Assembly (NCBI GenBank): GCA_003971905.1
Contig: RSEE01000036.1
Location: 1 to 64,000 of the forward strand
Source of the DNA: Moniliella sp. 'wahieum'
Lineage: Eukaryota
Length of the DNA: 64,000 nucleotides
Direction of reading: 5' to 3'
A program made the position numbers and the translations under genes. Positions 14,287 to 29,283 of the stretch are shown piece after piece. The notes beneath the pieces were generated by a model that ran no database searches, was not told where the DNA came from, and worked only from the letters and a program-made list of their open reading frames with translations. How positions within the stretch are numbered: the stretch's first letter is position 1; each line of letters opens with the position of its first letter.

Positions 14287-15814
14287 ATGGCTCCTCCCAC
14301 TGCCACCTCCACCCATACGTCCGCCCCCTCCTCTGCCTTCCCGAGCACAACGGGCAAGATCAAGTTGGCCGCCGAGACAAGCCAAGCGCCGGCCCCTTCT
14401 TCGGGCGTGAAAGAGACGGTGAACGAGTGGGCCAACGCATCCTGCAAATCCCGTTGTCCTCGGGCCAGCCCAAGCTTGACCGACAGAATGCCCTGCCCAG
14501 TCGACCAAAGACCGCTTTGCCCGGCACGGGGTGGACCTGAGCCAAGGCTACCCTGTCTACCCGACCAACCCGCCCGTCTTCCTCGACGAGGGACTGCAGG
14601 TGCGCGGCGAACATTGGAAGCATGTGGAACGCGCCACGTTTGCCGACCCGGAAAAGAAGGCGTTGCTGAGCGCGGCCAAGGAGGTGCGCCACCTCACCAC
14701 CTACATTGGTACCGAACTGGTCGGTCTGCAGCTGAGCCAGTTGACCGACCAGCAACGCGACGAGCTGGCGCTTCTGGTGGCCGAACGCGTCGTGGTCTTC
14801 CGTGACCAGGATCTGGCACCGAGCAAGCAACTCGAGTTGGGCAAGTACTGGGGCCAAGTCGAGGTGCATCCTAAGGTACCCCATGTACCCGGTTTGGAGG
14901 GCACGACGGTCATCTGGCCCAAGCTGGCAGCTTGGAGTCCAACACACAGTATGGGTTCAAGACTCAGTTCGGCACAGCCCTCTGGCACACGGACTTGACC
15001 CACGAACTGCAGCCGGCTTCCTACACCCATCTCCACAACGACTCGATCCCCATCACAGGCGGTGACACTTACTGGGTCTCGGGGTATGGCGTGTACGATA
15101 AACTGTCCCCTGCGCTACAGCAGTTCCTCGATGGCAAGACAGCCATTACCGCTCTGCGCACCCGTACGTCGACCGCACCAACCCCCTCGCCGGTCCTAAG
15201 TACATCGAGCGCGAACATGCCCTGATTCGCACCAACCTGCGACAGGTTGGAAGGTACGTGACATGCACATGCACATCCGGCATACCCCACTTTGCATATT
15301 TCCTTTGCGCTGTGGTGCATCAGGCTCGTGCCCATAACCGACGAGAGTTGAAGATCCCAAAAACTGACAATATCACTTCCTTCTTTTCTTTCTTCTTTCC
15401 TCTCACCTTCTTCCCCCTCCCCCTCTCCCTACTGCCCCTCTCCCCCACACTACAGGCCGTATTTGTCAACCGACACTACACGACGCGCATCGTCGGTCTA
15501 GAACCGGCCGAGTCCGAGGCGATTCTCAACTTGCTCTTCCAGATCTACGAAACGAGTCGCGACTTGCAAGTTCGCTTTAACTGGAAACCGTCGCGTCCGG
15601 GACTGGGCACCTCGGCATCTGGGACAACCGCGTCTCGATCCACGCTAACGTCGCAGATTACGATATTGCCGCTGACCCTTCCCCGGACCCCGACCACCTC
15701 GCTCGTCATGGTACACGCGTCACTACTTTGGGTGAAACGCCTTTCTTTGATCCTACATCCAAGTCGCAGCGCAGGCCCTCCACCAGCCCATTTATTGATT
15801 GGGCAACGGCTTAG
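14287..15814 (+). CDS. Alpha-ketoglutarate-dependent sulfonate/taurine dioxygenase (TauD/Jlp1 family)
   Basis: IGTELVGLQL, VVVFRDQDL, WHTDLTHELQPASYT (HxD), GGDTYWVSGY, intron 15254-15455 joins GWK-AVFVN, WDNRVSIH, RHGTRV; frameshifted. Confidence 0.93.
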
Positions 15815-16793
15815 CAGAACTCCCAGGCCAACTATGAAGGGCTAAAGGGGGTAACGTGTAATAGGGTGAACGTGGTGCACTCGCAACTCGCAACTCGCAA
15901 CTCGCAACTCGGCTGCCGTAGACACTGCAGTATTTCTGCTCTCTCCCTCTCCCCTGATGTGGCATCAGTGGCTTTCGTGGCCGCGTTGCCGCTGGACACC
16001 TCAGACCGAGAACGGACCCAGGATCCGTGTGAATGGATGTGTGAATTAGAGTCCTTATTTAGTTGCTTGGCTATAAAAGGAACTGAGCTGAGCTATAACA
16101 TGTGCGCACGGTGCATCCAGGTCAACGTACGGTAGGTGCTTACAGTGAACCTAGTAGGGAGGGGAAGGTTGAGGAAGATTCCCAGTGAATTTTCAAGGGA
16201 CATGATGCATAATATGCCTGCGACCCGGGTACGGTGGGAGCAGGATGCGAGATGCAGGATGTGAGATGCAAGATGCCAGCGAGATACACATCTCGTTTCG
16301 TCCTCTTCGACTTGACCAGCACCCAAGTTCACTATACTCACTGACAATGGAACGGAACGGACGGGGTGCCACGTTCCGTGGTTTCCTGCATCCTCTTACT
16401 GCATAGGGCTTTGGGAATACTCGCTCGACTCTCACTGCTTGGGACGAGACGGTTCATATGCATAGTTCAACGCATTTGCATAGTTCAACGTTCATGCAAT
16501 GCACAGGAGAGGTCCAAAACGAAATCAAACACTCCAGAGCAGCACTGCAGTGCTCTAATCTGTGACGTGAGTTATTGGTTTTGGAATCCGAAGCGGGTGG
16601 GCCAAAATGGGTTCAACCAACCCAGGGCCACTGATTCGCACCAGGGTGTGCGGGATAAATCCATAAATCAAAGCAACACCAAACCAACCAAACACCCGCC
16701 CAAACAAAACAATAACCAAACAAAAAGTACAATGCACACAAACTGAGTACACAATCATGTTCCTTCATTGGTTGATCAAAGTCCGTATACGAA

Positions 16794-19700
16794 CTAGAGC
16801 TCATTCGAGTCCATGCGGCGCTCAAAAGCACTCAGAACCGCCGTCAAGCGATCGATTTTCCGCACCATCGAACGAATGCTGCTCTTCCCAAACGCACGGA
16901 TCATGTCGCGGACAGGAGGCAAGGACAGAGGGCGGACGCCTTCCACATGGTCTTCTGCCCGTTGCTGCGGCGAAAACGTTTCTTTCACACAGAAGAAACA
17001 CGAGCACACACATCATAGTCGTACTCTCCGTATTCCCACTTAATCCAGTCGGTATTCGTAAACGCCTCGCCCAGCTTCTCCACACGAGTGTCCCCTCCGA
17101 TGACACCGAACTATCATCATCGTCGTCACTGTAGTCCGACGGTGGGTACAGCTCCAACTGCCGCTTCTCCATATCCGGCGCCAAGTTCACCGCTGCCCGC
17201 GCTTGCCGCAGCAAAAACTCAAGCCATTCTGCAGGCGGCACGTCGCGGTGGAACGTGCGCGGGCAGTCTGGGCTAAACCGGAGAACGCACAGAAAGTACA
17301 GAGCCGCGCATCGAATCGCAATAGGCTGCTCTTCCCCTGCCAACGCAAAAAAAGACGGAACCCCAAGCTCCTCGTAACACACCTCCTCAAACGCGCCCCC
17401 GCGGAAACTCATCAAGCCAGCAGATCGATCGAGCGCCCACGCATCATCTCTGACATCAGGTACGGTTTCCGGAACCCTTCGAGTCGCGAGGGCGGATGCA
17501 GTTGGGCCGAGACCGCGTCAAGTACCAGACGCACCAGCGGGCTGTCGGACGGAACGGGGGCTGGTAATCGGGCCCCATGTGGCCTTCGATCTGAAACATC
17601 TTGAACACGATGTTCAGCATGCTTTCGGAATGAGTAAGCGCGCACCAGCGAGCGTCCTTCTCCCATTCAGCAGGAGGAAGCAGATAGGACGACAGCACGC
17701 CTGGGTCCAGAATACCAGATCCCTTCACAGCCCACAGTTCGGCAGAATACCTGAGCTGGGCTTGCTCTTGATTGTCCACACCTGCGTCTTGATCGCCTCC
17801 GCACGCACACCGAGCGATGGCGAGCGCAACAACGCCGTGGGCAGGGGCGGCTCGATCCAATCACCCTGCAACGACGACCTGAAACGACACCCTCGAACCA
17901 GACAACGTAGCAACCCTTCTTCTTCCCGCTGCAGCAGCGCCAATTGGCCCAACGGCTCCGCTGCCTCGGCCGGGGTCAAGGGGATAGGGCCATGGTAAAA
18001 CGGTCGCGTGGGCAGCTTGGCCAACAAGGCCGAAGTAAGCGCCCGCTGCTTGTCCAGCCGACTCCACAGACAGGCCACGATGAAGTTCGGAACCCCGGAA
18101 ATACCGTCGCAGAAATTACCGTAGTAAAACCGATGCGGGGCAGCCATCATCGTCGTCAATGGGTACGAGCCCAAACGCAGCCACTTGTCATAGAAGTTCT
18201 TGACTTGAAGTGGGAGGCAGGCGGTGACATGACGAACGAGTGGTCCGACAGCTTGACGTGCGAGGACGCCGGGACTGTCGCTTTGCTGTGTGGGGTCAGC
18301 AGCACGTACTTACAACAACCCAGAAGCGCCGGCGAACCAACAGCGGTCTCAGGAAGAGGGGGGGGAGAGGGTCGGCGGTGATATTGATAAACGACGTACC
18401 ATTCTTTCAGCCACACGCGCAGCAGTTCGTTCCCTCGGCCGCACTGCCCCATTTGGTCAGTTGGCTTGAGACAGCACGCCCCATTTGCTCAGTCGGCTTG
18501 AGACAGTGACAACGCCGTCGCAGTAACATCCATCGTGATTTTCGAAAGCCCATAAGGCCACTAACATGTCAATCAGGGGCAGTTGCGCCGACTGCGGTGG
18601 GCGTCAGCGAAAAGCAGCGAAAATCGGAGGACGGAGCACGACGTACCGGTTCACCACGCAAGGCAGCCAGGTTGGATTCAACACAATCCAGCAGCGGCGA
18701 AGGGTCTACCACATAGGGCTCGAACTCATTCTTCTCCTGATCATACTGGAGGTGCGACGGAGGCGATTGAGGCGATTGAGGCGATTGAGGCTCCTCCTTG
18801 CACGGCCCGTTTTTGTCCTCTGTCATCTTCAAGATCTGGGTGGGACGCGGGCAGGAATCGCGATCGGACGACAGTTTGCGCTTAGTACCGGTCCCGCTAC
18901 GTCGGGAGTGGGTCACGCGCAAGCAGAGGTCGGAATGAAGACCGAGTGGCGGTACGGGTCAACAAACCTGCGCACACATTCGCACAGCTTCGCAGAGTCA
19001 CTTCGGCAGCGGCTCAGTCGAACCGGCGGGTCCAGGTGGGCCCTTGGTCCAGCCAGGATGGCGGGCTTGGGGGTCGTCGATGCCCAAGCCATAGTAGACC
19101 GCCAACTCTTCCTTGGACCGGAACTGTTCGGCATCCGCAAGCTCAACAGCAAGGTCGGGAGAAAACTGCGAAGCAATAATCTCTGCCACCAAAGTCGCCG
19201 CATGATGGCGTGCCTTGAAGCAGTGCGAGTGCGGGGTGACCAGGACCGGAGAGCCGACCACGACATCTTCGGTGAGGAACACGCAACTGAGCAGGATACG
19301 CAGGTTGCCCGGCAACACGTAGCTGTCCAGCTCGGCGACCCACATGCACCGCAGCAAAATCCATTCGGCCATGCTTTGGTCCTCATCACCAGCCTCCGGG
19401 CCGCGGTAGGGGTAAAATCCAGGAGCCCAAGCAGCCTGCTTGTCGGCGAGCATGCGCTGCGCCATCAACGGCAACCCTTCGTCCTCCTCAGGCCCCCAGA
19501 GGGGGACGTAGGCCCGGGCCCGGCGCCGTAGCGCAAGCTGCGCAAGCCACACAGGGGGGCGGTCACACGCCAAATGGCACCGAGCGCACGCAACACGGCT
19601 TCAATCAGCTTGATCTCCTCGGTGTAGGAGGTACAACCGGATTGAACGGTGTGGTCGATGACTTGCTGCAGACAGGAAAAGAGCGAGGGACACTACGTAC

Positions 19701-20222
19701 CCGTGCCAGGTGCGATGCCATCTTGGCCGATATACGGCCCGGCGTACGCCATGCCACCACACCCAGCACGCGCGCCGCAGCGGCGCGGATCGCCAACCCA
19801 TCGGGCTCGGAAAGCGGCGCGGAGAGGGACGCAACAACTCTGTGGGTCGCGTCAGGACAGGATAGGTCAGACCAGGTGAGCTCGGCGGCGCCCATGCGCT
19901 CGGGGATGATGTGTGCGTGGATGAGCATGGAGAGAGAGAGATGGGACCTACTGAGTTAGCTGGCGAAAGCGCCAGGCGGAGCTTGCCCACCGTTGACGCG
20001 AGCACGACGGAAAGCAGGCGGTTGAGACTGGGCAGGCTCAGCGGGGCGGTAGTCGCGTTGGGATCTGGGGAGGCGGCGCCGGCGGAGGGCGGGACGGTGC
20101 TGGCAGGCATTGGATGGCCCGTCTCCGTCACCGTCACAGTCTCCATCCCCATCTCCATCTCCATCGCCATATCCGTCTCCATCGCCGTCTTCATCTTTCT
20201 CCACATTCTTCTCGGACGCCAT
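16794..20222 (-). CDS. Large alpha-helical/ARM-repeat-like protein, possibly a divergent ARMC8/Vid28
   Basis: Chain of frameshifted minus ORFs from ATG 20222 (MASEKN); LNRLLSVVLASTVGKLRLA, IRAAAARVLGVVAW, KLIEAVLRALGAIW and IRCAALYFLCVL resemble ARMC8 helices; family tentative. Confidence 0.45.
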
Positions 20223-21034
20223 CGCGGTTAGGGTGGGTGGGGATGATGGTTGGTTGGGTGGATTCTCAGGAACGCGACGCGCCCATATGGGTCTTTGTGG
20301 CGTTGAACGGCGGCTTACACCGCTTGCAACGTTCAGAGCAGGCGGCGCCACAGCGCCTGTGGTGGCGCCTTGTCTGTCGCGTCGGAAGAATTGGGGGACT
20401 GGGCGATAAGGGGAGTGCGATGAAAGTAGCTACGCTACCAGCTAAGGACGATTGCACCGGGCAGGGTGGAAACAGTCAAAGACAGCTTTGTACCTGACGG
20501 TGACGCTAGTCCAACCTTCAATGCAACCGCTGGACAAGGACAAGCGCCAGAGCAGGAGACGAACAGGAAGAAGAGAACAGGAAGTTCACCTGATGTGCAG
20601 GGTGGAAAGTCAGAGACAACAATCCGGAGCAGGCGAGTCGCGGAACTCTAAGCCAGTTCCGCTTGCCAGCGACAGGCCGATCAAAAAAAAACCAAATGAT
20701 GCCCCACATGCCACCACACTCCAGCACCAGTGGGATCGTGAAATGGGTGACATACATCACCATCCTCGCTCCTCGCTCGTCCATCCCATCTCGATCTGAT
20801 GCCACGCAGACCCGTCGTGTGGGAGGCTAGCTAATACGCTGCTTGTGACCAGCCTCTTCCTTTCCTCGGCCCTGCCCTGCCGTCGCGATCTCGGCTTCTG
20901 TCCCGCGCTATACTACCACGAGGAGAGAGAGAAAAAGCAACCTCCAAGCGCAAGAAAATGTACATTAGTGCAGTGCAGCCATAGTGAGTCTTGTTGCCCC
21001 GGACGCCAGGAGCGCCCACAGACCTGCAGAGGCC

Positions 21035-22625
<1,591 letters not shown>

Positions 22626-23051
22626 GGGGCGGGGGGGGGAGGTGGTGGTGGAGGAGGAGGTGGAGTGACACGGGGGAGCTTAAGAAGTGGGCGCGGGAGA
22701 TTCCTGCAAGGGAAAGATCGGCGGGCTGCCTGCGAGCGACGCGCGAGCGCAGCCTTGCGCAGCCCGCTCTGCGCCACTCCCGCGCCCACACCGGCGCCGT
22801 GCGGCCCCTAGCCCCGGCACTGGCGCTGTGCAGCGTGTCGTCCAAAGGCGGGGCAACCGCAGGCAGCGCGCCAGGGGGCAGTGTGGGTCCCGTGTGGGCG
22901 CGGGCGCGCTGCTGCGCTGACACGCGCGGGGCCGGACGCGCTAAGGCCGCCGCACAGCGCCAGTGCCGTGCTCGCTGCCGAGCGTGCGAGTGGCGCTGTG
23001 CGTCACATGCCAGAGCGCGCACCCTGGCGGCCTCCACGTCAGCACGGCGCG

Positions 23052-23080
23052 CTAGGGTTAGCTCGCTTAGGGTAGGGTTG
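23052..23080. promoter_or_regulatory. Cluster of telomere-like CTAGGGTT/TTAGGG motifs upstream of UGM at the edge of the TE block
   Basis: gCTAGGGTTAgctcgcTTAGGGTAGGGTTg read directly. Confidence 0.45.
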
Positions 23081-23249
23081 CGCTGGCGTGGCGACGCAGC
23101 CGGCGGGTCTGCGATGGGCGACGGTCGATGATCGACGAAGCACACGCAGGAAGAGGGAAGAGTGAATAGAGAATGAAAATGGCTACGCAGTAAGTATTGC
23201 CTCAGCGGCGCGTTTTTGTCTACCCAGACAACGATTAATGAATCCTGGC

Positions 23250-24900
23250 ATCCGTATCGTCCGCCTTGCCCGGACGGATCAGCGCATCGCCTCTGCCCAC
23301 GTGCGCGCTGCCCACTCCTATGTCTGTTCCCTTCCAGCTTGCTCCATTGGTCATGCGCATCGATCGTGAGTCAAACGATCCCCCGAGGGTCTTGTGCTGG
23401 GACGATCAACGTATCAGCCGGCAGCCTTTCCAGAATGATCTGCAGCAGGGAAACAAACAGCAGTAGGCCGATACGATATGTCACGCGTGACTGTCCTGTC
23501 TCAGTCTCAACCAGACTAATCCGCATGAGACTTCTGTCTGCCAGAGTGCGACGCAAGCTGACCCCATAAAATCGCTCAAGGCGTGAAGGCAAAGTGCTAA
23601 GCCGCACGTCTTCAAGCAACGTCTGAAGGGAAGGAGGCGGGAAGCAGATAAGGGAGATGCAGGGGTGCACAACCTGCGAGAGCAACTCTTCCGCCTGGCT
23701 AAGCGACCGTCACCGATCAGCTGAGGGCCGTCCACTGCAGGGGAACCCTATAAAAACGCTACCCTCCATCACTGTCAACGCGCTGACGGAGAGTGTACAC
23801 TAATCCTTATCGATCCGGCCGAGTATCCTTGTTTTCCTCGCCAACTATATGGCAGGGTCATCACCTATGGACTGTGAGAACGACAAGATGTCAGCGTAGC
23901 TGCCAGTACAAGCTTTTCTTTTCTGGGACTGTTGGGTGCCCACACTCTAGCGCATCTTCACAGTTCTCCAAACCCAACAATGTGGCGTCTAAGTCATCCT
24001 GTTGATATTCTTGGTGGCCCCACAGATTTTGCAGTGGTCACATAGCTGCATGATCGATAATGCGATCCTGAGTTGAGGCTAATGGGGATCCCGCCTGTGT
24101 GATCGCCGTTCGGGAGAAAAAGCTTGAGACGAATGGAGGGGATCATAACGTGCAATGGGAGTACTAGAGCTCTGTTCTTGATCTGATCAAAGATACTGCG
24201 TTGATCAACGGAGCTGCAGTTGCTACCGGGCACCTTCTTGTCATAACCCCCCCCCTCGATTTTGAAGCAACGACTTTGGGCTTGAGAACCAAGAGCACAG
24301 CGTCGATTCATCTCTTAAGCTATAGTGATTTGAAGTCCAGGATCCATTAGAAAGACCTGACCATTGTGTTGTTCATCATCTGGTCCGACCTCCTGGAGAG
24401 CAGAGTCGGGAGCTTTCACTCATTATCCGGAGCAAAACGACATATGCACCAATAGCAATGTGTGCAGTACCACCTCTGAAAATCCAGAGTAACGATTGGT
24501 ACATTCCCAAGCACATATTGTCCTCTTGTCCAGCACATCATGAAGCGAAGGGAAGAGTCCCCTTGTACATGTTGAACTTGTCGTCTCTCTCGTTGTGGCT
24601 TCAACACGGACTTAACGAGAAAAAAAAGCGCTTATACTAACGGGGGAAAGGACCAAATGGCGTCAAGGAAAACATTGTTCAAAACGCACATGCCATACAA
24701 AAAGAGATTGCATCCAAGTCCCAGCTATAAAAGTAGGATCGAAAACCGCAATTAAGGAAGAAAAGCCGAAACCAAATGGGAAATAATGGTCAAAACCCCA
24801 ATAGACGAGTTTTCTTCTTCCCGAAGTCCACAATGTTATCTCAACCAGCAAAAATTCAGACAAGAACATTTTGGTCTATACCTAAGAGGCCTCTCTGAGG
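23250..24900 (-). mobile_element. Highly decayed Ty3/gypsy pol fossil (RT-RNase H-integrase N-terminus)
   Basis: Ordered remnants: LTPFG (~24650), VRSF (~24355), FDQIK..STPIARYDP (~24170), YQQDDLDATLLGLE..LECGHP (~23970), LIVP...AHD (~23380); many stops and indels. Confidence 0.45.
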
Positions 24901-25099
24901 GTTCTACTCAGTCCACCACAGATCCCATCCAAAGGTTTTGTCCACTGCCTACCTAGTTGTCGGAAAAGTCACCCACCGCGCTGGTTGTTCACGAACTTTA
25001 TTGAAACGCTCGTTTTGTTCTTCTTTTCCAAGGGTATAGTAATACCCGCTAAAGGGATATAGGAATTACATGGCATGTGGTCCAGGGGCTGGTGTGTTG

Positions 25100-28000
25100 C
25101 CTCTCGTGGCTGTGGATGGTCATTTATATCATCTTCCCCCTTTATATACCACCAATCCCGTCATCGCTCATACCCGTTTTCTGCGCCCCCCAGCAAGAAT
25201 TGGGGCTCTCTCCCTAGAACGAGATGTGCTGTAATCACATACTATCCCGGATCCCGGTTTGTGCGAAGCAACGACTGGTCTTTTATCAAACTAGAACCCT
25301 CTCCATCTCAGGCTCCGCGGCCTTCCACTTTAGGGGTGCGCTCCCTGAGAAAAGAACGGATTTCTCATAGTTGATCGAACCTGCTCGATTGATGGTGTTG
25401 GATGCGAACGGAGCTGTGGAGACCAGGTGAGGCCCACTTAGTTGGGGCGTCTATTTTCGCGTGTGTGGCAAGGTTGTGTATACACCGGATCAGATAAGAC
25501 TATTATATCGTGCCACAGTATATAATTATACCACAACAGTCCGACACAGGTTGATAATTCGGGAGACAAAACGAGAAATCGAAGAAGAGTCGGATAGGTT
25601 CTATCACCGACTGGAACGGTCGATCCTTGTGGAATCGCAGTGGAATTTGTGCGGGAATACTGTAGAGAGTGCAGATTTAGACGGAAATAAATGCACATGT
25701 GAGAGGGAATGACGACTACGAATAGTGTTATGCGCAAGACGGGCCGGCGAGCCTGACTGAGCCTACTTACACGATCTCTTCGCCCTCGTCATCGGCTTCA
25801 CCCCTTCGGTCCCAGGTATTGGTTGGATAACCAACACCCAAAACCAAGTTCTCGATCGCCGATGGTCAAGCGATGATCCGCGCTACCCAACTATTAGTCT
25901 CCTTCTACCCGGGTGGAAATAGGTATATATTTGCACCAATATTCGTCCCGTGTTCACCATTATCTTGCTAGGTTGTCCTTGCGTCAACCGCCCTCTCTTT
26001 TCCCCTGCCTCGTGTTAATTCTCTTTTGCGTTGTTTCCCTGTTTTGTCTCTCTCCGTAAGCAATATAGTTAGTGGATTTCCCCCACGATCCATTGGCGTC
26101 TTCACCTCCTGTCCTCGCCCATCAATTCAGTACAGGCAATTGTCTCTCCTCTTAGCCGCCTCCTCGCTACCCGTCCTGGTCTCTCCGCTCCTCAGAGACG
26201 ACTCGTGTGGGTCCCACTTCAGCCAGATCGAATACGGTCTCTGGCGGCGTTTATCCCCCGTGCCGCACCCTATTCCTGAGCCTCGAAGACTTCAGGTACA
26301 TTAATGCTACTGCCCAAACCGAAGCAACCGTGGCAGCCTTGCCACACTCCTGCAGCCGTCTCTGCTATACACCGAGAGGCCACTACTCCATGTCCCTAGT
26401 TCTGCTCCAATTCACCAAACACAGATCAAACAAGTAAATTCAGTTGACCCTTGGGACCCCTAAGGATTGTACTTCTGAAAAACCGGGTGTCCCTCGTTCC
26501 ACCAATCCTTTATCCCAGTCGTAGAAGGAAAGAGAAAGCACCGTTTGGTAGATCATGTATATCAGGGAATGTGAGCTCACCCTATTGAGACATATGATGT
26601 TGAGAAGCTTGCGATCCGCATCCGTATCTTTTGTTCTCTCTCCTTGAGAGCTTTCTTAATGCATAAGCAAACGGAGAAGCCATGGACCGGCCTGCGCTCA
26701 CCCAGACCAATCTAAGACTGCACAGGATCAGACGAATGCACACACCCAAATTATCCGTGGCACTAATACGAATAAAGCGAAAATACTGTGGCGCCTTTGT
26801 GACGGTGTTGCTGGCTTCCCAGGCGGAGACCTTCCCTGCCCATCGGGGCAAGACTCACCGCGACGACTGAACGCGATACAGATCCAAAATCCAAGGAACG
26901 CTCGTTCACGAGGATTGCGAGTAGCGCTTTAGTACTGTTTGTCAGGCAACGCCAGGCAGGGTCTCCGCCAGGAGGTTGCAAGAGTGGAGTTTGCCTAGAA
27001 GAAGGATGAAGGGGAAAGTGAGTCCACCTCCCGTCTCCTAACGCATCGTACCCCATAAACCCGGGTTACCCCGTGTCAACCTCGACGTTCAAGCCCCCGT
27101 CTTCAGCTCTCCGTCCCTCAGTCAACCCAGTTCGCGTGTACCTCCCCGGTGCCAGGTCGAAGCACAGCTACATCCAGCCGCGTGTGATTCCGCTTCCAGC
27201 CATCACGGCTGCGGACTTTGTATAAGAAATTTCCATGTTCTGGCTCTTCGGGTTTAAAGCACGTTGTTTTCCTATGGGGCATATATAAAATTCCTTTAGT
27301 GTTTTCCCAGAATCAGCGCCGTAGCATTCATCTATTTGCCGGTATAGTGCCTCCGCTTGGAAATATCTATAGTGAGAAGGCACAGCCCGTGGGAAATAGT
27401 GAGGAAAAGAGAGGCTCGAATGGGAATCGAACCCATGGCATCGCCGATTGGTCAGTGACGCGTTACCACTACGCCATCGAGCTGCGATAGGAGCAGCTGT
27501 AGGATCAGAGAGCCTCCGCTGCGAAAACACAAACCAAAAGGGTAGAAGGCGAACAAGGCAGACATCATCTCCTCCACTGTTATTATAGCTTGCATGCTAG
27601 CTACTAAATATCAACGCCACTGGTGCTCCAGTGCTCGACTATATACCCAACAGAGAGAGTTTGTCTTCGTCGCTAGTGGTTCATACATCCGCTTCACAGT
27701 TGATGCGGCATTGCTATTCAGACTCTTCATCTTCGTTGGTAGCGTCCGAAACAGACGCGTGGGACCGGCGAATGGTCCGCGTAATGGGCCTATGCCGTCT
27801 CGCGCCCTCCCAGCGGTATGCTGAAGGAGCAGCACCCACAGCAGCCTGGCGGCGTTGAGCTATCACTTGGGCCAGTATGTCGGCTTCGCGCTGCTCTGTG
27901 CTCGCTTGTCCCAGGCGCAAATTGAGGTTACTCTGGCTCTTTGGAGGGATTTTCAATGCGTACTCCACCAGGACATGGTTGAGATGCGCAACATGCCGAA

Positions 28001-28250
28001 TAGTACCGATTTAAACCCAGATTGGTTGATGCCGATGGCTTTGGAGGTAACATATCCTGTCAGGCAATGCACGGGCGGTTAGCCTCGAGCAACCATTGAA
28101 TCGCCAAATGTTTTGCGGAGGGAGCGTACCAGGCGTTCTTTTGATCCTGATATCAGCCAAGCATTGAGCGACCAGATTCGGCGCACCTGGGGGGCGAAGG
28201 AATTGCACCCTCTTGTTTCCTTGCCATTGAGGGAAGGTTCTGGCGATATC
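25100..28250 (-). mobile_element. Highly decayed Ty3/gypsy pol fossil (PR-RT-RH-IN order)
   Basis: AWLISGS (PR-like, ~28150); TVEEMM..PTAAPI; RYFQAEALYRQID..DSGKT (RT); FMGY..G; PFAYALRKLSRRENKRY (RNase H, ~26650); LFVVV..GDRTYPTLLRF..RENRRPN and LVLGREP (integrase, ~25200-25740). Confidence 0.65.
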
Positions 28251-29070
28251 GCATGCGGCTGGCAGATTTTGTTTCTTGGGGAGATGGTGATGGTGTCGCT
28301 GTAGGAGAGTTCAGCTAGGTGAACAGGTGTCTCTGTCCGGAAGTGGGTTATGCAATCGCACTGGTGGTGGTGGTGGTCTAAGCCAACCAGCAACACCTAC
28401 AAAGGAACAGCAAGCAGCGAGTCGCCACAGGGGCTAAGCTGCGGAACAAGGAAAAACAGGAGAGAGAAAACAACAGAACTCCCAGGCCTGAGGAGGAACT
28501 GAAGGGACACATTGGCCAAAGCACGAGCCACCCGATGGCTCAACATGAACTGTCTGTCCGTTTACCTATTTCTCCCCATGCCAGGCAGTATGCGGGTCTT
28601 ATTTTGCAGGGCTGGGCACTCGTTGCAACCGGAGCCCGAAGGCTGACGTTACCGTACGGCTACCAGTGACCGGTGACCAGTTAACGTTTAACGTACTTTT
28701 AACATGCTTCGTGCGAGCGACCCTGCCCCGCACGGGCTTCAGCCGCTTCACGTCGCAGAGCAGCACAGCATGCTCTCCGCACCATGCTTCTGTTTTGGGG
28801 GTGATGCAGGATGATCGCTGAAACAGCGGCCCCAGGCCTCAATTTGAGGTGTATAGTCAATTCACGCTCCGCAAATCTCAGCTCGATCGACCCCTGGGAA
28901 TCCGACCCCTGGTGGGGAAGCGACCACACAGCTGCATCCCTTTTAGGCGAACTGCATGCCCCCGCCTACCACCTTTCCCGCCATCATCTTTCTCTTGAGC
29001 CAGTACTGCCACTCTACAATGCCTCCCTCCCGCACCGTCAGGACAACCAGTAACCAGCAACGCCGCTCGC

Positions 29071-29230
29071 TGTTGACATCCGTCCTAGGACCGCGCGGAC
29101 CCTGAGTCACGTGAGTCGGCTTTCATTCCTTCCGAGCTCGCACCAGTCTTCTGGACGAGTCAGTCGCAGAAGCTTCTTAGTCCAATACGACGTTCAGTGC
29201 TCACATTCTGTGGTAGTAGCGAGGCCGACA
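29071..29230 (+). repeat. 5' LTR (160 bp)
   Basis: TGTTGACATC...GAGGCCGACA, identical by eye to 33709-33868. Confidence 0.97.
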
Positions 29231-29283
29231 GAGTTACATCCTTATCTGCTCATCCCTGAGCTGGCCAAACTACACCCACAACC

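Noticed and set aside
20452..20799. Small plus-strand ORFs between the ARM-like gene and UGM
   Set aside because: Short, no motif and no convincing start codon; cannot be supported as a gene
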